A stretch of 63,640 nt of DNA, the filler included, from Choristocarpus tenellus KU-1152 (Eukaryota; Protista; Phaeophyceae): NCBI GenBank assembly GCA_964200185.2. It is 7 parts of 7 records of this genome, joined end to end, with 100 filler letters (N's around TTAATTAATTAA, not from the genome) between each part and the next. Parts side by side here need not be neighbours in the genome. Positions count along the whole stretch, not along the records: positions 58,002 to 60,796 come from CAXNAD020024689.1; positions 60,897 to 63,640 come from CAXNAD020025121.1; 5 more parts are not named here. One strand, 5' to 3'. The position numbers and the translations under genes were made by a program. Numbering within the stretch: the first letter of the stretch is position 1; each line of letters opens with the position of its first letter. Under the pieces are notes generated by a model that saw only the letters and a list, made by a program, of their open reading frames with translations, had not been told where the DNA came from and made no database searches. Shown here in pieces: positions 59,311 to 63,640 of the stretch.

Positions 59311-61337
59311 TCTGCTTGATAACAGTATTCTTGATGCTTTTGGAGCGACGTATGACTGGAAAACTCTAAGGTTATCATTCCAAAAAAGTACAACTGTCAT
59401 ACCTGCCATTAATCGTACTACCCCTTCTTTTGATATGTCATCCCCTGTTCAAATAGCAGCTATACAAGCAAAAGTTCCTTCTACACCATTTCGTTTGAAG
59501 GAGAAAATCCCATTCCACCAGAATCTGAAACGCTTGTATCTGCTGTAAGTGAGGAAAACCCCTCTGTAACTTGTGATGCTGTTGTAGAACCACGTGTCTG
59601 TTCATTTCATGATATTAATTCAGTAAATATGAATGATCCTTGGCAATTTATTGCTGTTGCTCGGACAGTTACAACGTGGGATTCTGATGATGGATCAGGG
59701 GTAGTACAAATTGCTAATATGTCCTCACAAACAGTTCATTTACCCAAGAATACCTTACTTGGTCACATCTACCCTGCAAACATAATCAACACCAAACAAT
59801 CTCACACTATTTCTGCAACATCTCTATCCGGACCTGATCGAGAGCATCTTGATAATGCGTTGAAACCTGCTTTTATCTATACTACTTTCTCTTCATCTCA
59901 AAAACAAGAAACTCTGAATCTTTGTTCCAAATTCCGTTCAGTATTCTCCCTCGATACCTCTGAATTGGGAACGTGCACCATTGCGGAAGCCGATTTTCCT
60001 CTCGAACCAGGTACCAGACCGATTAGTTGAGCACTATACCGTACCAATCCACAAGTGAGAGGTATTATTGATAAATGTATTGAGGATTTACAAAACCAAG
60101 GATTAATTGAACCCCGTTCTAGCCCATAGGACTCCCCTGTTACTACTGTCGCTAAAGCAGATGGGACCCCAAGATTCTGCATTGATTATCGGAGGACTAT
60201 AAATAAACACATATTTAAACGTTCTTGGCCCATGCCTTTAGCTGAAGAACATCTTGATTCCATTGGTGCAGTAAAGTTTATTTCTGTTGCAGATGTTCAA
60301 TCAGTATATCATCAGATTCCTGTGGCGGAAGCAGACATTGACAAGACTGCTTTTGTCACCCATAAAAGTAAGTTTGTATGGAAACGACTTCCTTTTGGTT
60401 TGAGCAATTCTCCATTTATTTTTCAACGTATGATGGCTAGAGCTCTATCTGATTTGGCACGGGGTCAGGTCTGTTGTGTTACATGGATGATCTCATTCTT
60501 TGTTCGTCCACTTGGCAACACCATATAACTTTGCTTAAAAAGCTTTTTAATGCCCTTCAGAATGCTGGCCTCACTTTAAAACCTTCCAAATTGAAGTTTG
60601 GTCCAGCAGAAGTTGAATACCTTGGTCATATTGTCACTAGTGCAGGGGTACGTCTTGGAAAAGCTCGAATTCAAGCTATTGTTGACCTGCCCACTCCCCG
60701 AACGATAAAGGACGTTCGTTCTATCCTTGGTATGTGCAATTTTTGTCGAAAGTTCATCCCTCACTATACAGATCTGACCGAACCCCTTCTAAAATTNNNN
60801 NNNNNNNNNNNNNNNNNNNNNNNNNNNNNNNNNNNNNNNNTTAATTAATTAANNNNNNNNNNNNNNNNNNNNNNNNNNNNNNNNNNNNNNNNNNNNCTCA
60901 GAAAAGAGTGGAAGTCTGCTCCTCGAAAGGTGTGGGGGGGGGGGGGGAGAAAGAGTGTGTAGGTTTTTCAAGTGATAGAACACTCAGAACCTTTTTTAAT
61001 TCACAAAAAAAGAAAAGAAAAACAATCTGCTAGTGATATAGTCTTAGTCCCCATCTGTACGATGGTAGTGACAAAACCTGGTTTGTCATCGGTTATTTAC
61101 TCCAAACACTACAAGAAGTAGGAGAAATCACCAATGCTGTGCCAGCTCTTATCAAATGAGATCAAATGAGACGCATGCCGGTCCAGTGTTAGAACGGACC
61201 TTAGCGGAATAAACCAATCATCATATACGTGGGATGGATGGGGGGGGGGCGGGGGGGGCGGGGGGGGCGGGGGGCCAAGAGCTCCATCCAATCATAAATT
61301 GTGTTAATGAAAAGAACAGACATCAACACACAGCGGA

Positions 61338-61545
61338 GTAACCCTAACCCTAACCCCTCACATCAAGGGTCTAGGGTTAGGGTTACAGCTAGTAACTGTA
61401 ATGTACGATACAAAATAGATTGCCCCCTCCCCCAAATCCATTTATTGACGTAAAATTTCTACTTCAGTGTAATAGGGTTAGGGTTAGGGTTATGATAATA
61501 ACGTCATTGAAGACGAAAGCCCCCTTCACCAACCCTAACCCTAAC
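61338..61545. repeat. Cluster of interstitial telomeric-type (TTAGGG/CCCTAA)2-3 tracts in inverted pairs
   Basis: 61338-61358 and 61366-61386 form a 19/21 inverted repeat. 61472-61491 and 61530-61545 form a second, oppositely arranged pair. Confidence 0.8.
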
Positions 61546-61649
61546 TTCATCGTTGAAGACGAGTCCGCGGTGCCCCAGCACTGCCACTGCCACTACTACT
61601 GTGGGATACATCAGAGTTTTAAAACAAAAAAAAATCAAGAGATGAAGTG

Positions 61650-62056
61650 CATTCTGTTCTGAATTTATCTCAACGAAAGAAATATATATATACTATTTTT
61701 CTTTTTAGAAAGCATATATTATTTATTTATTCATCCATTCTAAAGTACTTTACTCAACAAATTGAATTTAAGAAAAATATATATATTATTTTTCTTTTTG
61801 TAAAAAGCATGTATTATTTACTTATTCTTAAGTATTTTATTCAAGGAGCTGAATTTAAGAAAAAATATATATATACTATTTATCTTTTATAGAAAGCATA
61901 TATTATTTATTTATTTATTCATTCTAAAATATTTTATTCAAGGAGCTGAATTTAAGAAAAAAAAATTATACTATTTATCTTTTATAGAGAGCATATATTA
62001 TTTATTTATTTATTTATTCATTCATTCTAAAGTATTTTATTCAAGGAGCTGAATTT
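61650..62056. repeat. AT-rich about 90-100-bp tandem repeat x about 4
   Basis: Recurring unit gaatttaagaaaaa..tatatatactatttatcttttatagaaagcatatattatttattt..attctaaagtattttattcaaggagct. Confidence 0.85.
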
Positions 62057-62609
62057 TCCCCTTTTCCCCCCACACTTGTCGCCCTCAGAGATCTGGTAGG
62101 AAGAATTTTTACAGAGATCAGGTTGACCATTCCTGAACTATTGCAGAGATCAACGCCTTTCCTTTTTCAAAAATTTATAATCTTCTTCCTCATTTCTTTA
62201 CCCGCACCATGCATCAACTCTGGGCTCTGCTTTCAATGGTCGAGGACATGAGGGAGGGACTATAAACAGCAATCGCAAGTGTATGTATACAAAACATCCG
62301 TATATTTATTTCTACTATTATTATTATTATTATTATAGGAATAGGTAAAACTGCCACTGCTGTAAAAAAATAAAAACAGAAAAAAAACTTCACCAATCAT
62401 TGCACATTTCAAAACGCTGCGAAACAACAATTACACAATCAATCCCATCCATTTTTTGTATTCCCGTGTTTGCGCGCGTGCATCATCGCGCACGCAAACA
62501 CGTGCGTACAGGCTGAGTTAATAAAACCAAAAAATGCCCCTGGCCGGCTTGATCACATCTCGCTGGTCGTACACTGTGTATATGATGACGACCCAGATGG
62601 TTAACCACG

Positions 62610-62801
62610 ATTAACCAGCTATATTTGATAGATTTAACCAATTATATTTGATAGATTTAACCAAGTATATTTGATAGATTTAACCAAGTATATTTGATAG
62701 ATTTAACCAATTATATTTGATAGATTTAACCAATTATATTTGATAGATTTAACCAATTATATTTGATGAATTTAACCAAGTATATTTGATAAATTTAACC
62801 A
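62610..62801. repeat. 23-bp minisatellite x about 8
   Basis: ATTTAACCAA(T/G)TATATTTGATAG in direct tandem with no spacers. Confidence 0.95.
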
Positions 62802-63235
62802 GTTACAATCGAAAGTCGAAAAATGCCCTTGGTGCGTAACTCCTGACAAAAAAATTCCCCTTCCAATTTCTCGCAGAAGTCCCTTCCTCACATCCTGCCC
62901 AACATTAGAATCAAAGCCCTGTTTGCTTGTAAGAATAAAAGTCGTTTGTGTATTTAATTGGATCGCCTCGTGTGTGCAAAAACGCCTGCGCAATACTTGG
63001 CACATAATAACTGCACCTAGTATTTAGCCAGGCGTGCGTATCACACCACTCCTACCACAAACAACAGGCACACAACCAAATAAAATAAACAAATGCATTG
63101 CAAGTAAGACTCCAAGCTCTAAACAAACAAAGGGTATGTACAAATATATATGTACATTTAATTAAAAAAATAAACACTTGAAAACTCAACACATACATAC
63201 ATACATAAAACACACACACACACACAAATACACAC

Positions 63236-63494
63236 CTCCTGCTTATTGCCTCAAGCGGCAAGACCATCATGGGGGGCAATCTTGTTCCATCTGCCCTGAC
63301 AGGAGAGTCCTCCATCCCCACCCCTTCCCCGCTCCCCACCTCATCCAGTCCAAACAGGTTGTAACGCATCTGATCTGCGGTGAGAACAGTTCCCCTTCTA
63401 CCTTCAATCTGACGCTCTGCCCAGGGTGTCGGCCACCACTGGGGGCGCCTATCGGGACAAATCGGCTCCTTCCCTTGGGCATAGAGCAAGGCCT
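63236..63494 (-). CDS. Probable exon of an unidentified protein gene (possible terminal exon 62214-62259)
   Basis: GC-rich open frame EALLYAQGKEPICPDRRPQWWPTPWAERQI...LPLEAISR ending at an ag|gtgtgt donor like other donors here. The acceptor is uncertain and no family is recognised. Confidence 0.4.
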
Positions 63495-63640
63495 CTTGAA
63501 AGCAGAAGAGCATGCCACGGTCTGTACCATCATGCACCAGGCGTTTTATTTCAACAGTACCCGATTATTGGGCAGGCGGCAGTACAAGGGGGGGGGGGGG
63601 TTGTACGCATAGAAAAGATAGGCGGATCGGAAAATGCCAA

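Larger units (their letters stand above)
58002..60796 (+). mobile_element. Ty3/Gypsy LTR retrotransposon, decayed: partial 5' LTR (to 58097), PBS 58099-58112, gag start fused by deletion to protease C-half, RT
   Basis: The protease remnant SADGSALTIMGFIRFSLQLGDITIPVEALVYTLGPDDVLLDNSILDAFGA reads through after removing two MITEs. RT motifs PRFCIDYR, DVQSVYHQIPV..DIDKTAFVT, RLPFGLSNSP, CYMDDL, YLGH and DVRSILGMCNFCRKFI are present. The element carries stops and a frameshift. Confidence 0.93.

Noticed and set aside
62610-62801. CRISPR array
   Set aside because: The 23-bp units are contiguous with no unique spacers, there are no cas genes, and the context is eukaryotic.

Overview
Eukaryotic, intron-rich genomic DNA. 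It is probably a brown-alga-like ochrophyte (inference from TTAGGG-type motifs, a stramenopile-style BiP, a HAD-type kinase and the retroelement style). The window is seven contigs joined by an artificial 100-bp linker (44 N + TTAATTAATTAA + 44 N), so adjacency across linkers is not biological. Host genes, all on the minus strand: five 3'-half exons of a BiP/HSP70; six central exons of the meiotic helicase MER3/HFM1; a 9-exon CaMK-like non-RD kinase with a presequence-like N-terminus and hydrophobic anchor; a 4.9-kb ORF encoding a disordered protein with a (QS)n tract; and a possible exon at the right end. The rest is largely transposon debris: a Copia 3' fragment, two related Gypsy elements with the same PBS, and decayed Helitron-PIF1, hAT and possibly MULE relics. 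The clearest unexplained structure is a pair of related MITE families (about 180 and 260 bp, 8 full or partial copies) sharing a 14-bp terminal inverted repeat (TIR) with an AAAGTATCT core. Their 3-4 bp target-site duplications (TSDs) are verified at three sites by reading-frame restoration, and their TIRs also create GT...AG splice signals in both orientations. Two GC-AG introns and several inverted telomeric-repeat pairs were also seen.
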